Part shown: piece after piece, positions 1 through 19,177 of the stretch
Layout of the letters: each line of letters opens with the position of its first letter
Numbering within the stretch: position 1 is the first letter of the stretch
Assembly: GCF_009914755.1 (NCBI RefSeq)
Contig: NC_060930.1
DNA from: the human T2T-CHM13v2.0 reference genome, Homo sapiens
Reading direction: 5' to 3' (one strand)
Length of the DNA stretch: 64,000 nucleotides
Notes under the pieces: generated by a model
Databases searched by the model: none
Told to the model about the DNA's origin: nothing
The model's input: the letters and a program-made list of their open reading frames with translations, nothing else
Program-made: the position numbers and the translations under genes

Positions 1-2030
1 CATCCCTACCCTAACCCCAGGCAGCGCATCTTGCAGCTTTGGGAGAGACTCCTTCCTTCTGCTTGAGGAGCAGAGAAAGGCGAGTAAACAGGGATTTGCC
101 TTGCAATTTGGATATCAGCTTAACCACAGTAGAGGCAGAGTCCTGAGGCCACATTCCATTCCATTCCACTCCATCCCCAGACAAAATTTCTAGACACACA
201 TAGGGACAGAGGGGAACCTGCTCCCTTGAAAGGAAGGACCCAGTTCTGGCAGGATCCATCACCTACTGTCTAAAAAACCCTCAGGCCTTGAATAAACTTC
301 AATGATAGACAGACAGTACTTGCCATGGGCCTTATGTGAGCCCAATGCCATGCTGGCTTCAGATGTGACTCGGCACATTCCTAACTGTGGTGGCCATAGG
401 GAGAGATTTCTTCTGCTTGAGAAAAGGAGAGGGGAGAGTAAAGGGGTCTTTGTCTGGCAGCTTCAATACCAGCTCAGCCATAGTGGGGTAGAGCATCAGG
501 TGGACCCCTAGGGGCCCCAGTTTCAGGCCTTCTCTCCTGCTTGGAATTTCTGGACCTGCCCTGGGCCAAAGGGGAGCCCACTGCCCTGAAGGGAGCCCAG
601 TGCTACTCAAGCATGGCAGCATTTACCACAACCTGACTGAAGAACCCTTGGGCCTTGAGTAAACATCAGCAGTAGCCAGGCAGTACTTGCCATGGGCCTG
701 GGGCATTGGTGGCCACAGGGAGAGACTCCTACTTGAGTAAAGTAGAGAGAAGAGAAGAGTGAGAAGGACTTTCTCATGGCTTGAGTGCCAGCTCAGCCAC
801 AGTAGAATAGAGCATCAAGAAGGTTTTTGAGGTTTCTGACTTCAGGCCTTGGCTCCTGGACAGTGTTTTTGGATCTGCCCTGGGTCAGAGAGGAACTCAC
901 CATACTGAAGGGAAGGATATAAATGTGGCTAGATTAGCCACCTGCTGTCTAAAGAGCCCTTGGTCCTTAAGAGAACATTGGTGGTAGCCAGCCTGGTTGC
1001 CACAAGACTTGGGTGAGATCCAGTATTATGCTGACTTTCAGGTCTGATTCAGCACAGTCCCAGTGGTGGGGACACAAGGGAGTTTGTGTCACCCCTCCCA
1101 CAGATCCAACCAGCTCAGAACAGAGAGACGGTCTGTTTGGGGGAAAGTAAGGGAAGAGAACAACAATCTCTGTCTGGTAACACAGTGAAATCTCTTGGTT
1201 CTTACCCAAGATCACCAAGGTGGTACCCGTATGTATCTGCAAAAGTCAGCGTTACTGGGCTTGGAGTGCCTCCTAAATGCACGTATGACTGTAGTGACCA
1301 AAGACTTAGACCACCACACTCAATTCCCTTTGAATACTTGGAAAGCCTTCCCAAGAAGAACAGGTACAACAAATCCAGAATGTGAAGACTACAATAACTA
1401 ACTCTTCATTGCCTAGACAATGATGAACTATCCTGGATAAGACTATCCAGGAAAACATGACCTCACAAAACAAGCAAAATACAGTGCTGGTAATCAATCA
1501 ATGAGAGAGATGCATGACCTTTCTGACAGAGAATTCGAAACAGCTGTTTTGAGGAAGCTCAACAAAATTCAGTTTAACAGTGAGAAGAAATTCAGAATCC
1601 TATCAGATAAACTTAACAAAGAGATTGGAATAATTTTGAAAAAATATGCACAAATTTTGAAGCTGAAAAACTCAATTGACATTGTAAAGAATGCATCGGA
1701 GTCTCCCAATAGTGAAAGTGATAAAGAAGAAAGAATGCATGAACTTGAAGACAGGTTATTTGAAAATACACAAAAAAGAAAAAAGACTAAAATAGAATGA
1801 GGTATGCCAATAAAATCTAGAAAATACAATAAAAAGGGCAAATCTAAGACTTATTGGCCTTAAAGAGGAGTTAGAGAAAGACATAGGGATAGATTATTTA
1901 AGGGGATAATAAAAGAACTTCCTAAATCTAGAGAAAGATATAAATTTCCAAGTACAAGAAGGTTACAGAACACCAAGCAGATTTAATCTAAATAAGACTA
2001 CCTCAAGACATTTAATCAAACTCCCAAATA
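1..2030 (+). mobile_element. LINE-1 (L1MA/L1M1-2 type): 5' UTR with ~320 bp tandem units plus N-terminal half of ORF1, degraded
   Basis: Repeated unit (ggagagactcct..cttgag..cagctcagccacagtag) near 43, 400 and 720. ORF 1501-1800 (DLSDREFETAVLRKLNKIQ...ELEDRLFENTQ) resembles the L1 ORF1p coiled coil. The element runs off the left edge. Confidence 0.85.
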
Positions 2031-2044
2031 GAGAAACCTCATAT

Positions 2045-5895
<3,851 letters not shown>

Positions 5896-6232
5896 ATACA
5901 ACAGTAATATTAATAAATCTCAAAGTATAAAAATGAACTATGGGAAACATAACTACCGTATCTAACTTTACTGTTAGTAGTGTTGGGTGAAATATGGATT
6001 CCATGGACCAGTTAATATTTTTCTAGTCAGGAAGCACGAAGTAAAAGATCTGGCATGCTGGTGATGATAGGTTGGAATAGCACTGAATTTTTAATGAGAA
6101 AGCTGAAGTCTGAGAGAAGCATGTAGCTGAAGAAGGGAATCTAAGAAAAGAGGTGTGATCACTTCATTACATAAACAGTGATTAGTAGGAGCTAAACCTT
6201 ATTAAGTTTGCAAACTTTTTTATAATTATGGT

Positions 6233-6687
6233 TGTGATAGTTAGCTTTATGTGTCAACTTGACTGGATCATGGGATGCCAAGATATTTGGTTAAACATTG
6301 TTTCTGGGTGTGTCTGTGGAGATGTTTCAGGACGGGATAAGCATTTGAAACTGCAGACTCAGTAAAGCACATTGCCCTGCCTAAAGTGAGTGGACATTGT
6401 CAAATCTGCTGAGGGCTTCAACAGAACAAAAGGTCGAGAAAGCAGGAATTCATCCCTTTTGTTTCCTCCTTGCCTGCTTGTGCTGGGATATCTCATCTCA
6501 TTTTCCCCATCCCTAGGATTTGGATCTATAGCATCAGCTCCTCTGGTTCTCAGGCCTTTGGACTTGAACTGAATTACACCACCAGCTCTCCTGGCTCCCT
6601 CAAACTTGAGGTTGGCATATGGTAAGACTTCAGCCTCCATAAAGTTCTCATGACACATACATACATACATACGTGTGTGTGTGTGTA

Positions 6688-6718
<31 letters not shown>

Positions 6719-6752
6719 ATCTCCTACTGGTTCTCTGGAGAACCCTAATATA
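6233..6752 (+). mobile_element. MLT2 (ERVL) solo LTR
   Basis: Begins tgtgatagttagc..tgtcaacttgactgga and ends ctctggagaaccctaata, both typical MLT2 termini. Confidence 0.85.
6655..6718. repeat. (CATA)n(TG)n compound microsatellite inside the MLT2 LTR
   Basis: Directly visible. Confidence 0.95.
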
Positions 6753-6774
6753 CTGAGTGAAATGTACCGCCTGC

Positions 6775-7088
6775 TTTAGACTGAGTAAAGGATGTTCACC
6801 AATGTGGATGGACATCGTCCAATTCATTGAGGGCCTGAGCAAAACATAAAGGTGGAGGAAAGGAAGATTCATTCTCTCTGCCTGACTGCTTCAGCATGGA
6901 CATTCATCCTTTTCTGCCTGCAGAGCTCCTGGTTCTCAACCTTCAGACTTGGATTGGAATCTACACCATTGGCTCTCTGGCTCTCAGGCCTTCAAACTAT
7001 ATCACCAGCCTTCTTGGGTCTCCAGCTTGCAGAAGGCAGATCATGTATATCTCCTTTTGGTTCTGTTTTCCTGGAGAACCCTAACACA
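6775..7088 (+). mobile_element. Second, 5'-truncated MLT2 LTR in tandem
   Basis: gactgagtaaag..aatgtggatggacatc parallels 6356-6400; ends ctggagaaccctaacaca. Confidence 0.75.
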
Positions 7089-8479
7089 CTGGGCTATTTT
7101 TTATGTCTTCTTTAAAGCTCGTCTATATTAGTAAAGGTTAAAAATTTCATACTTCTTAGGATTTTTAGAGGACCAACATATAAGACTTCTGCTTTTCTAC
7201 CCAAGACCTGAAATAACTGAGACAAAGGAGTCAGGTCATCAAAAATGCCAGCCTTGTCATCTGACAGCCTGATAGATCTTTGTAAAGAAAGCTTAGTTAG
7301 GGAAACTACAGGCTTCCTAATAACCACCAAATTAGGCATATTTACAAAACTAATCACAGCAAACCTGTAAATAGTAGGATTCTCTTAAGAGTTCAGGGCT
7401 ATGGCTACCACATTTGCTACATGGCCAAGAACAAATCAGACCTTGTGCTCCCTGAAGGCAGCTAGATGCCAGAGGGTAGAAAGAGAGAGGGGCAAGCTAG
7501 CTATATATGCAGACGCACCTCCCTCTTCCTAATACCAAGGGAAGTTGGGCAAACAGAAGCCAAAAGTGAATAATAATGAAGACTCTTTGAAAGGAGAAAG
7601 GGGTAAAAAGGTTCTCCCATAACAATGCCGAATTGTATTTCACAGAAAAAAATATCGCTTTCTAAGATGGGTATTCCCTTGGGGAAAGTGGCAAATTCAG
7701 CCTCCAGAGGTCTGACCTTACAAAGCCAAGAAAAAAGTGACAGAAATATCCTATTAAATGACCTGAATAATTGCCACTTCTCACTGCTTCATTTTGCCAC
7801 TGGAAGACAATAAAATGGGCCCTACCTGGTTAGTTTCTCTTACATTATGAAAAAAAGGCTAGGTTCCAGAAAGATGGTTTTATCACATTCATATCATTGA
7901 AATGAGCTCTGGAGAAATGTGTTTTATAATTCTATGTTTAATTCTTTATGTGCTATTATCCCTCTCTCTGTAAACACAGCCAAGCCTAATCCCCAGAAAC
8001 ACAGTTTTTTAAAAAGCTAACCACGAATGTCATATGAAATGAATGCCAATATTCACAGTATGTGAATCCAAGTTCAAAATTCTTATCTTTCAACGAGTCT
8101 AGGAAAATCCTGATGGGTTGCTAGACTATTTTTTAAACCTCCTCTGGAATCTTTTCCAACTTAAGTTCCAAGTATGAAAAGACACCCAATCAGTTCCAAA
8201 ACACTCCAAGACTTTGAAAAATCATCACTATAATGGACATTTTCACTCTATTTCTGTCAGTGATGAACAGTATGATTATGGCAGGCTCTTTGATCTTTGT
8301 TACTGTGTTTTCTATAAGCAGAGACCCTGACAGGCGATATCTCATTAAATCTTCCCTTCTTTCTTTTTTCCTTTTTTCCTCACTATGTTTTCTCAAAATA
8401 GTGCTGTGTAGCTGACATTTCTTTGAGAAGGTACTTTATCATTCTTTGTTTTTATTTAGAACATTCATGTTTGTGAATC

Positions 8480-8600
8480 CATCAGTTATTCCTCCCCTAC
8501 TATGTGCAAAGAACTGTGAGCTGTGGGTGGGAAAAAATTCTATAATCTGACCACTGCCCTCAAGGTGTTTATAACATAAGTGGAAAAATAACAAGTAAAA
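8480..8600 (-). mobile_element. L2 3' fragment
   Basis: ctactatgtgcaaagaactgt..ctgccctcaagg resembles the antisense L2 3' end. Confidence 0.5.
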
Positions 8601-11529
8601 TCTGACATATGAGAACCTAATCCATGATATTGAAATCCACTCACATACATGCAGAACCAGGCTCTAATAATACACTGATAGTTCAAATATTTGACACTTC
8701 TGATGGCCAGGTGTTTTAACTAGCCTCAAATTATCATCTCTCAGATCTTCAAACCAGGAATTTCTCTTTTGTTAAATGATATTGTGGCATAACATCCCAA
8801 AATTAAGTTTGATTTTTAATTGTCATATCCTCTTAAGACATTTATAACTAAGTCATTGTGTGTTTAAATACGATTTCAGTAATTCTGCTTTTCTGTTAGA
8901 ATTAGAGTTTCCCCCTTTATAACTGAAATGAACGGAAGATGAACTCATTTTAAAAATTAAAGGTTTCTAATATTTTCATTATGAATGTATTTCTTCATTC
9001 ATTTAAAAAATGCAACTATTTGAAAATAAGCACCTTTCACATATGTTGAATAGATAATTGCTGATAATTATAGTAAGTATAGAATAAAAGATAACCTTCA
9101 GAACTCAAACTGGAGACTCTTCACAAAACGATTACGTAGAGAAACCCACTATGCTCTCTTCTTATAAAGAAATGACTTTCTTGTCTAAGAACTAAGATGC
9201 CTGATTTAAGAAATCTTATTATTCAAGCAGGAAGAGTTAATAGATCAGCAAAGAAAGGTTGTCGCTTTGTGGAGTGCAACATGATAATTCATAACTACGA
9301 TAAAAGCAACTGCACTTACAGAGCTACATTACATATAGAATTAGAATGAATGCTTTTTTATCATAGTTATGAGTTATCACATTACACACTATAAAATGTC
9401 AACCTTTTTTGGTAATCTATTAATCCTTTTTGCTTGAATAATACTACCTATATTACAGGATGAGAGAAGAAAAACACTGAGATGTAAAAAGAGACATTAA
9501 CCTTGATATGTATTTTTCACAATAAACTTAGAAAATTAAGGGATTAACTTAGAAATATCTCAAAATAATCATATCATTTAAGCACTACTTAAAATTTGTC
9601 AGGCTATGAAAGATGGAAAACATTAGTACATTTAATCATTCATTTGAGTAAGAGAAATGATGACTAGCTGGGGCATTTGAAAATAAATATATGAATCCAA
9701 ATAGACAATAAGGGAGAATAATTTATCAAACTTTGCCCTTTTGAAGCGAATTCACTGCAATTTTCTAAGAGCTTTTAACACTTTATTTACTTTCTAATAA
9801 CACTATCTAAGGACTGAGAGAAAAATTTATGTTACTAATATGTTTATTCTGCATACCAAATATTATATAGAAAAATAATGAGTATTAAATGTATAAATAT
9901 TAAGGTTGATTGATCTAGTTAATACTTTGATGATTTGAACTGGTTTTATAAGTATTCTCTTTGGAAGGGTACTTATTAATATGGTTTTAGCATACCTGGG
10001 TTAAAAAGAAGAAATGACACTGCCAATTTGAATGATGTTTTTTCTAATTACAGTTTCCATCTATGCCTCCAGTAATAAAATTAGAAGTTCTGGAGAGAAA
10101 TTAATGATGTAAATAACAACCTTCCTTAATGGATTTTGCTAAAATAAAGTCAGCTTATTTAAAGGATGATTAGCTAATTGTAAAGAAAGGCATTCCAAGA
10201 AAAAGTATAAAAATTGAATTGATCCATTACTAGCACAAATTACTGATGATCAAGATACTTTAACACAAGATAAAGTAAAAAGTTACAAGTATGTTAAGAC
10301 GTTTTTGGAGAAGAGTTTCACATTGTTATTCTAAATCAACTTTTACTTATATATTTCAGTAAAAAAAATTCTACAGTGCCCCCAGGCAAGTGCACAATTT
10401 TACCAGTAAACTGCTTTATTATATTTCTTAATGATGTCAAGTACTATATTTCTGTTAGGTAACTCCTGCTTCTATTTTCATGACTCTTAAAGACACTTAA
10501 ACTTTTTTATTATTGCTGTTGCCACTGCTGCTATTGTTTATAGACTATCTTCATATGAGGGCCATAATTTCTCATTGATCTGACTTATGCAATTTAAACT
10601 GTATTATTATCTGAACATTTCCTCCAAAGTGGGTTTTTCCAGAGACATAATTATTCCTGTTACCTCCTTCGAGTTCATCAACATTCCCTTCCACTGGCTG
10701 AAACTTTCTCAGTACAAGTGGCCAAAATTGAAACTATACCTCTGTAATCATAAGAGAATGATCTGTACCTGTGGGCTTTAACAGATCTGTACTGTTATAG
10801 GCAACTCAAAAGATGTACTTTACCAACCCCCAAAGTCAAATGCTTATTTTTAATTTTTTATCCAGTACCAACGATTATTCATCTAGAAAACTCTCCATCA
10901 TTACTGCTTTCCAGATTCCTTTCTCTTGCTGAATTACTAGCATTTTATCATATTTTCCAGATGGGTTCATTTGCATTTTTAAGAAATAAATTTCACTCTG
11001 TAATTTATTGCCTATATATTGTCATCTAAAGTTGTTTATACAGCTCGAACTCATATTTGCATTTGTAGATTAATAATTTGTTTTAAACATAACTGACAAT
11101 AAATTTTATTATGCTGTTGATTCTCTCACATAAATGTTAAGACTACACAACTTTGAAGTCCAAAATGTAAGTATTTGCATACCTGATGCTTTGCAATCTT
11201 GCCTTAAGTTTGACACAACTTGAAGGTCTCAGAAAGCTGTATCAAGTACATTTTAACTGGAAATACAAATATGCCAGGTACAAGGGAGGAACATAGAGGA
11301 GGTGCTGGTGATTGCAAAGATTTGCATCAGATATTTCGAGATAACCTTTCATACTGGCCCTGTCCCCAGGGAAGCAGGACAAAGTTCCTCTACACTAATT
11401 TTTCCTCTTTGTCCTCTTTGAAGAGTTCTGTGCTTTCTGGACCAAGTGATCAATGCCATTGGTGTTTAGAGTGCTATCATAGATTATTTTGGCCTGGCCT
11501 ACAAACACAACTTATTTTATAGTTAATTT

Positions 11530-11680
11530 ATACATTGTGTATTGAGCACCAACTGATTGCTATGTACAGCCTTTTTAATGAATGAACAAGAACATGAGTA
11601 GTGCCCTTAACTCGCTCATTTTCCCGGGAAAAAGCTGATATTTAAACTAGGAAATTCCAATACTAAAGAGACACATGCAG
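11530..11680 (-). mobile_element. L2 3' fragment
   Basis: tattgagcacc..gatgaacaagaac-like antisense L2 pattern; highly diverged. Confidence 0.4.
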
Positions 11681-13159
11681 GATATATAGAACTTAACTCT
11701 ACCTGAAATCAGTTCCAAACTCCAAACAGTTCATTTATAAACAAGTTTTTTGAAACAGTAACTCATGAGTCAGATACTATTTCTCTAAATATACCACAAT
11801 ATCATACATGAAAGTGAATTTTGCAATCTAACTTAAAAACTATACAAACTCCAAAATCATTTTATTAACTCTGCTTAGGACTTTTCACAAGGAGTCTGAG
11901 TATAAAATATAGCAAATAAAACATTAATTATTTAGTTCCTTTTGTTTGCAAAATAGAAAAAAGTACACGAGGAAAAATAGTTTTACTCAGATGGTAAACA
12001 GTGAAAGATCAATGTTTTATTCCTGTGGTTGTCTAATCTTGTTTTCTATTTTTCAGTCCTTTAGTCTGCACCATTCTCATGGCTTTTTTTCATCATTCTC
12101 ACCTGATATGCATTCCCAGGCCTGACTAAGGATATGAACTGTCATTATTTTAAGCATTTCACTGAAAATGTTTTAGCTTCCCTGAGGCATCATGCTGCAT
12201 CAACAGTTCAATAAACCTGCCAAATGTTTTACTTACTTTGAAGGAAAAACAAGTTAAGAAAATATTAAGCACTTAATATTTTGTGGATTTATATGAAGTG
12301 ACTCTCCAGTAGGAATAAATGTCAAAAATGGAATCTTTTCTCACAATGTCAAGTTCAGCCAGATACAATATTTTTGTAGGCCATTTTAATACAGGGATAC
12401 ATGCCATTAATCCTTAGATTATATTTGACTCCTGTTTTACCATGAATGATTTTATTCTATTTTATTAGTAAGGCACAATGGAACTGAAATTTTTCTCAAA
12501 TGTTAATACTGAAACAGAAGCACCAAATGGCAGATACAGCCCTATATAACCACAATTCATTGGAGGGAGAGGTACGGAAGTCCTCTGATGATATATTTAG
12601 AAATATAACTTTATTCATTTTAAAACAAAATATAAAAATGAAGGTTATTCATGGCTAATGAACATAAACTGCATGTGAGAAGTAGACTTCCAAAGATTCA
12701 AAAAAGAATACAATTTACAAAAGATGTTTTTAAAATAATTATTTAAATTACTTTCTTTTAATATACCAAGTTTGATTTAACTAAAAATCTGAGTTAAATA
12801 TCAAAGCAAGAGTGGACATTATTTCTGTAAGCTACTAAGAAAAATACTTACACTGAAAAGTTGTCCTGGGACTCGTTAGCAGGTCTGTGATATACTTAAG
12901 CTTACATAGAAAGAATGCAGACAGAAATTCAGAATGAGATAATTATTCATGTTCGGGATAATTTTTCTCAGTTATAACCTATTCATACATTTAAAGCTAT
13001 AATTTGAAACAAAGATATAATATCTTATACCATGCATCCAGTTGAAAGGAAAATAGCTTATGATTTATTTACATTCTCCTTTCTAAAAGAGCAAATACAA
13101 TTCATTTCAAAACACCATACTGCATTTCTAATAAACTATATTGATTAGATTTCTTATTC

Positions 13160-14930
13160 CTTTCAGAAAGATAACAAGGCAGTCAAGAACTACAGGGAAA
13201 GACACGGAAGTAGAAGGAAATTCAGCAAGATCAACTTTGGTGCTACTTTTCACCTGGAGGTACCTGACCATTTCAGAAGAGGGAGGTGAGAGGCTAAGCA
13301 GCTGAACGGAACTTTCAATTGACTCTAAGCTAAAATTTCTACAAACTCATAGGGTTAGAATCACAATATATTGGAGTTCAATCTATAAATTTCAAGATGT
13401 GCCATCCTCATCAAGAAGTATAAATACAAGCAAAGACTCCTAGGCACACTGTGGTAGTGACTGAAAAGCAAAAACCAAAAATTTTAAAAGCAGCTACAAA
13501 AAAGATATATTACCTTTAAAGGAGAGTCAATCAGACTTACACCTAGCTTCTCAACAAAAAACAGTGGATGCCAGAACATAATAAAATAACTTCAAGTTGC
13601 TAGAAGGAAATAAATACAGATATTAATTCTATACCACGAAAAATACCTTTCAAAAATGAAAATTAAAACAGAGACATTTTCCGATAAAGAAACGCTGACA
13701 GCATTCATTATCAGTAGGCCACAATAAATGAAATATTAAAGGCAATTCTTCAGGCAGAAGAAAAATAATGTTAGTTGAAATAAGATGCAGGTGGAAATGA
13801 AGGACAAGGAAAAGGGGGAATAAAATAAATACCAATAATATTTATGGAATTAAATAATAGTAATTATGTTTTATGAGTCTTTTTTAATTTACAGAGAATT
13901 TTAATACTTGATGTTTATAGCCCATAACTTGAACAGAGGGGTAGTGATGCTAAAACATTTCAGAACTTTTGCACTCTCAAGGAAGGGGTAAGAGTACAAT
14001 TTAGAATAGTCATTGGTAAGTCAAGGAGGTATTTTGTCCTGGAGCAACCACAATAATAGTTGTAAAACAGCATAAAAAATATGTAACTAACTGGGCGCGG
14101 GGGAAAATGTAGAATAACAAAATACTATTTTTAAGAGACATACCTAAAAGAATTTTCTAAAAAGTTGAAAATAAAAGCTTGGACAAGTGGTACAGGATGA
14201 TTTGTTAAACAGCACGTGATGAATACTAACAATAATGGAAAGAATTAATAAAAGGCATTATATTAAAATTAAGAACTTCTGTTCACCAAAAGAAATCTTT
14301 AAGAGAGGAAAGGCAAACCAGAGCAGTGAAAGTTATTTGCAAAACTTATCACTGATAAAATGCTCATATCTTGAATATTTAAAAACTTAAATAAGGTTTA
14401 CAAACCAACAGAAAAATGGGAAAGATAATTTAATAGATACAACACAAAATGCAATATCCACATGACCATTAGACACACACAAAAAGTTTATTTTATAGTC
14501 TGTTGTCAATTAAACATTATCTGTACTCACTTTTAAGTTCTCTTCTGCATCACAAAAACAGAAGTCAAGGACTACATTTTTGAGAATCCCCTTTCCCCTA
14601 TGGTTCTAGTATAGAGTTTGCCAGTATAAAGCACTCACATTAAAGTTCAAAAGTGGAAGAGGAGGCAAAGCCAGAGGACCAGAAGCGTGGGATGATATTT
14701 ACAGGGGCCGCATGGGGAACTCTTGACAAAAACTCCTAGGTATATACTCGACCAAACTTAATGTATACATGCACCAAACTACATGTACAACAATGTGTAT
14801 AGCAACATTGTTCATAATGAAATAATCCAAATGTCTATCCATCCTGACTGATAAATATATTGTGATTTACCCATAAAATGCAATACAACAGTAAAAATAA
14901 CTGAACTCTAGATGTATGTAACAAGTACTG
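13160..14930 (+). mobile_element. Ancient L1M (L1ME-like) fragments
   Basis: ORF1-like (cttctcaacaaaaacagtggatgccagaa), ORF2 3'-like (aaaattaagaacttctgttcaccaaaaga) and 3' UTR-like (ctcctaggtatatactc..gcaacattgttcataat) segments. Confidence 0.7.
14500..14720. mobile_element. Old ERVL LTR fragment (LTR33/LTR16-like)
   Basis: actacattt..gaatccc..tatggttctag..agagtttgcca motif, interrupting the L1M. Confidence 0.5.
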
Positions 14931-15129
14931 TGTCTAAAGATAAACATGTTTGAAACAAACTCCATTTTTAATTTTTTAAGATGTATTACTGATAGAATCA
15001 GATGTGATGAAACATCTACCAAGAGAACCAAATAAGATAAGGGAGGCTATTTTTTTTTTATTCCTTCCATATCTTTACACTTTGCTTCTAGTCTCTAAAT
15101 TCCACTCAGTTCAATAATATAGGTAAACC

Positions 15130-15345
15130 ATATTAAATACTTATGTGTCACTCTCTGCATTAAGAACCGTATGTAGAAAAATCTAATTCAATCCTGATAA
15201 AGATCCTATGAGATAAGCACTCTTATCCCTGATGAGGAAACTGAGGCATGGCAACCTTAACTAATTTACCAAGTCCCATAGCTAGAAACAGTTAAAGCCA
15301 GGATTCAAACCCAACACCTTGACCAGAGAGACTATGACCTACACT
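15130..15345 (-). mobile_element. MIR SINE
   Basis: Antisense MIR core gatgaggaaactgaggca..gccaggattcaaaccca. Confidence 0.85.
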
Positions 15346-15544
15346 CCAGTCAAGCTCTGAAGTATTCCTCAAAATCTGTTTCCCTCCAAGCTCTCAATCC
15401 AGTCTGTCTGAATTTCTAAAAGCCTCCTATAGTCTCTCTGTGTTCATCACTCTTCTCCAACCCACTATCCATCATGTTACATGATACCTTTTGAACACCT
15501 TCACTAATTGCTGTCTAAGTCTACTGTTTTCTTTTAAATCTCTA

Positions 15545-16060
<516 letters not shown>

Positions 16061-16379
16061 CTACAAAAAAATGTCTTTATAACTCTGCTCTCTTTTTTAT
16101 GTTTTTAACCCATCTACTTCTAAGAAGATTTGAGAGGGTTATCACGCTAATGTAGCTATATAGTGGGGCAACCTAGGAGAAAAAATGTTATTATGCGTTG
16201 CTTACAACTGAACACTGGGTATACCTCTGACCACATCTCCAGGTAGGACTCCTCAAGTTATAGGGATGAAGGTTGAGTGAAAATTCTGATAGTAAAGAAC
16301 CAGCAGCACTTTAACTTAATTGCAGATTGCAGAATAAACTCTACTTGTCGATATTACTAAAAAGGCTCTTTACCTTCTG

Positions 16380-17370
16380 GTCCCAAACCTACCTATGGGC
16401 CTTTTCTCTACTCTACTTTCTATACTGCTACCTCCTCTTTGGCCCGGACTGCTACAATGGCATCCTAATCCCTCTCCTTGCTTCCACTCTTGCCCCTCCT
16501 ACAATCAGTTCTCTTCACAGTAAATGGGGTTATCCTTTAAAGGCATGAAGCTCATAAGGCCGCAGCCTTGCTCAAAGCCCTGCGATATTTCCCAGCACAT
16601 TTAAAATAAAATTCAAAATGTTTTCAATGGTCTTATAAGCTTGGATCTCTCTGACATCATCCTCTACCACCTGCTCCTTGCCATTGCTGGGGAATACCAA
16701 CCACACTCCTACTTCAGTACCTTTGCATTTGCTGCTCCCTCTGTCTAAACTCTTCTTACATCAAGTATTTGTATCCCTCATTTGTCTCCAGAGAGATTTC
16801 CCTTAGCTCTCCTGTCCACTAAAACAGCAGTCCCTAATTTTCTGGCACCAGAAACCGGTTTGGTGGAAGACAATTTTTCCTGGGGTAGAGGGTGGAGGGC
16901 ATGGTTTTGGGATGGAACTGATCCACTCTGATTATCAGGCATTAATTAAATTATCATAAGGAGCATGCAACCTAGATTGTGAACTCACAGTGCAGTTCAC
17001 AATAGAGTTCATGCTACTATGAGAATCTAATGCCACTGCTGATCTGGCAGGAGGCAGAGTTCAGGTGGTAATGCTCACTCACCCACCGCTCACCTTCTGC
17101 TGTGCCACCCGGTTCCTAACAGGCCAGAGATGGGTTAGGGATCCCTGCAATAAAACATTCCTCATAATTCCCCATGCCCTTGCCCCACTTCACTTTGGCT
17201 TCTAGCACATTATCACTCTCTAACATTATATTATCCATTTGATAATGTTTTCATAGCTTTCTGTCCTCTTTGGAATGTTAGCAGGAGCTTTCTTTCTCTA
17301 CTATCAAATTCCAAGCACCCAGAAGAGTGCATAGTACTCAATAAATTTTAAATGAACAAATAAGTAATGA
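16380..17370 (+). mobile_element. L2 LINE 3' portion, interrupted by MER1B
   Basis: cttgcttccactcttgcccctcctacaatc..tttgcatttgctgctccctctgtct; ends gcatagtactcaataaat..aatgaa. Confidence 0.8.
16825..17147 (+). mobile_element. MER1B hAT-Charlie DNA transposon (MITE)
   Basis: Termini cagcagtcccta..tagggatccctg; internal ggcaccagaaaccggtttggtggaagacaatttttcc; 8 bp TSD cactaaaa/caataaaa. Confidence 0.9.
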
Positions 17371-17651
17371 ATATTTGAATGGGGCTTATGACTTACCTAC
17401 TGGAAAACCCTATTGTCTTTAGACAAAGACATTCTAGGTCTCTCACAAGGAAGCTCAACCTACCTTCTAGTATTTTTACACAGGCTTCTTACTTTGCAAC
17501 CTGCAGGGTTACTCTAGATTGCTTGCTCTTTCCTAATATGCTTTGAGATGCTGTGTCTCTACACCTTTCCTTAAAATAACTCCTCTTCCTAGAAACCTCT
17601 ATATCTGCTTCTCTACTTAATGAAATTCTACTCATCCATCAAGATTTACCT

Positions 17652-17955
<304 letters not shown>

Positions 17956-18107
17956 CTATCATTCCTTTGCAAAACTTCCCTGGCAAAAGTTTATCTTCAA
18001 TGAGGAACAAATATGGTCTTAATTGCACAGTACCTATTAATAGATGCCAAAAAATCAATTATGTTTTAAATGATGTTCAATTTGCTTCAAGTCCACCTTT
18101 GGCCAGG

Positions 18108-18483
18108 TGTCTTAGTTTTGTGTTGCTACAACAGATTACAACAGACTGGGTAGTTTTTAAAAAGAAAAATTAATTTCTCACAGTTCTACAGGCTGGGAAG
18201 TCCAATACCAAGGTGCTAACATCTTATGAGGGCTTTCTTGCTGCATCATCCCATGGCAGAAGATGGGAGAGCAAGAGTATGCAAGAGAGGGCAATAGAGG
18301 GCCAATCTCTTTCTCTTATTAAGAGCCCACTCCCACAGAAACCCACTTCTGTAATAGTGGCATTAATCTATTCATAAGGGACTCTGCCTAATCACCTCTT
18401 AAAAGTTACACCTCTCTATACTGTTGCACTGGCGATTAAGTTTCCAACAGATGAATATTGAGGGACCCATAAATACCACAGCA
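18108..18483 (-). mobile_element. MaLR solo LTR (MST family)
   Basis: tgtcttagtt..ctcacagttct..ggctgggaagtcc..ccacagca; 5 bp TSD ccagg/caagg. Confidence 0.88.
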
Positions 18484-19177
18484 CAAGGGTAGTAGCACAT
18501 TCCTTCTCAATCATTGCTGAGGTTTTCTCAGGATTATAAATGAGGGTCTTGGCATTTTAACAAGAGATCATTTGTGGAAGAGTTCTGTAGTCATTTGACC
18601 ATACTTGTCTCTGCCAACATGCTTATTGCCTAAGCTGGATTTCTCCAGAAAGGGAGTCCAGCTCCAGAACTCCCCAGTTTTGCTGAGACTCACACTTCCA
18701 ATTTCAGGATGGTTAGTATTCCATGTCTCCAACATAGGGAGAAATTCTTCATCTCATAACCTACATGTAAATGGAGCCAAATTGTCTGCCCTGAGTGGAT
18801 CCCCAACAAAAAGTCCATAGTTTCTGCCATCCTCATCCTTATACTTAGTCTCAGAGATTTTTCAGGTATTTCACTTTTACTCAGGTCTAGCCCTAAAATC
18901 AATACTCACGTCTATCTTTTCCTCTGTCTAGGACGTTCAAATACATTTTAATTAGCCAAATCAAAACCAATAGGGAGCAAATACTACAAAAGAGCCATGA
19001 CACCTTCTTGAGATGTGTGAGAAACTATAAAGCAGTAAGAACAAAGTAAAAATTAACATCTCGAGAAATTATCCTTGCTACCCGGTGCTAAATAAAAGTG
19101 ATTTTTTTTAAGTCAGCTAATTCTAGACACACAATAGAGACCAAAAAGAAAAAAATCACTTAGAAGTACATTTCATT

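Noticed and set aside
10663-10742. Additional minus-strand exon candidate
   Set aside because: Weak acceptor, stops in all frames from the best AG, and no recognisable peptide.
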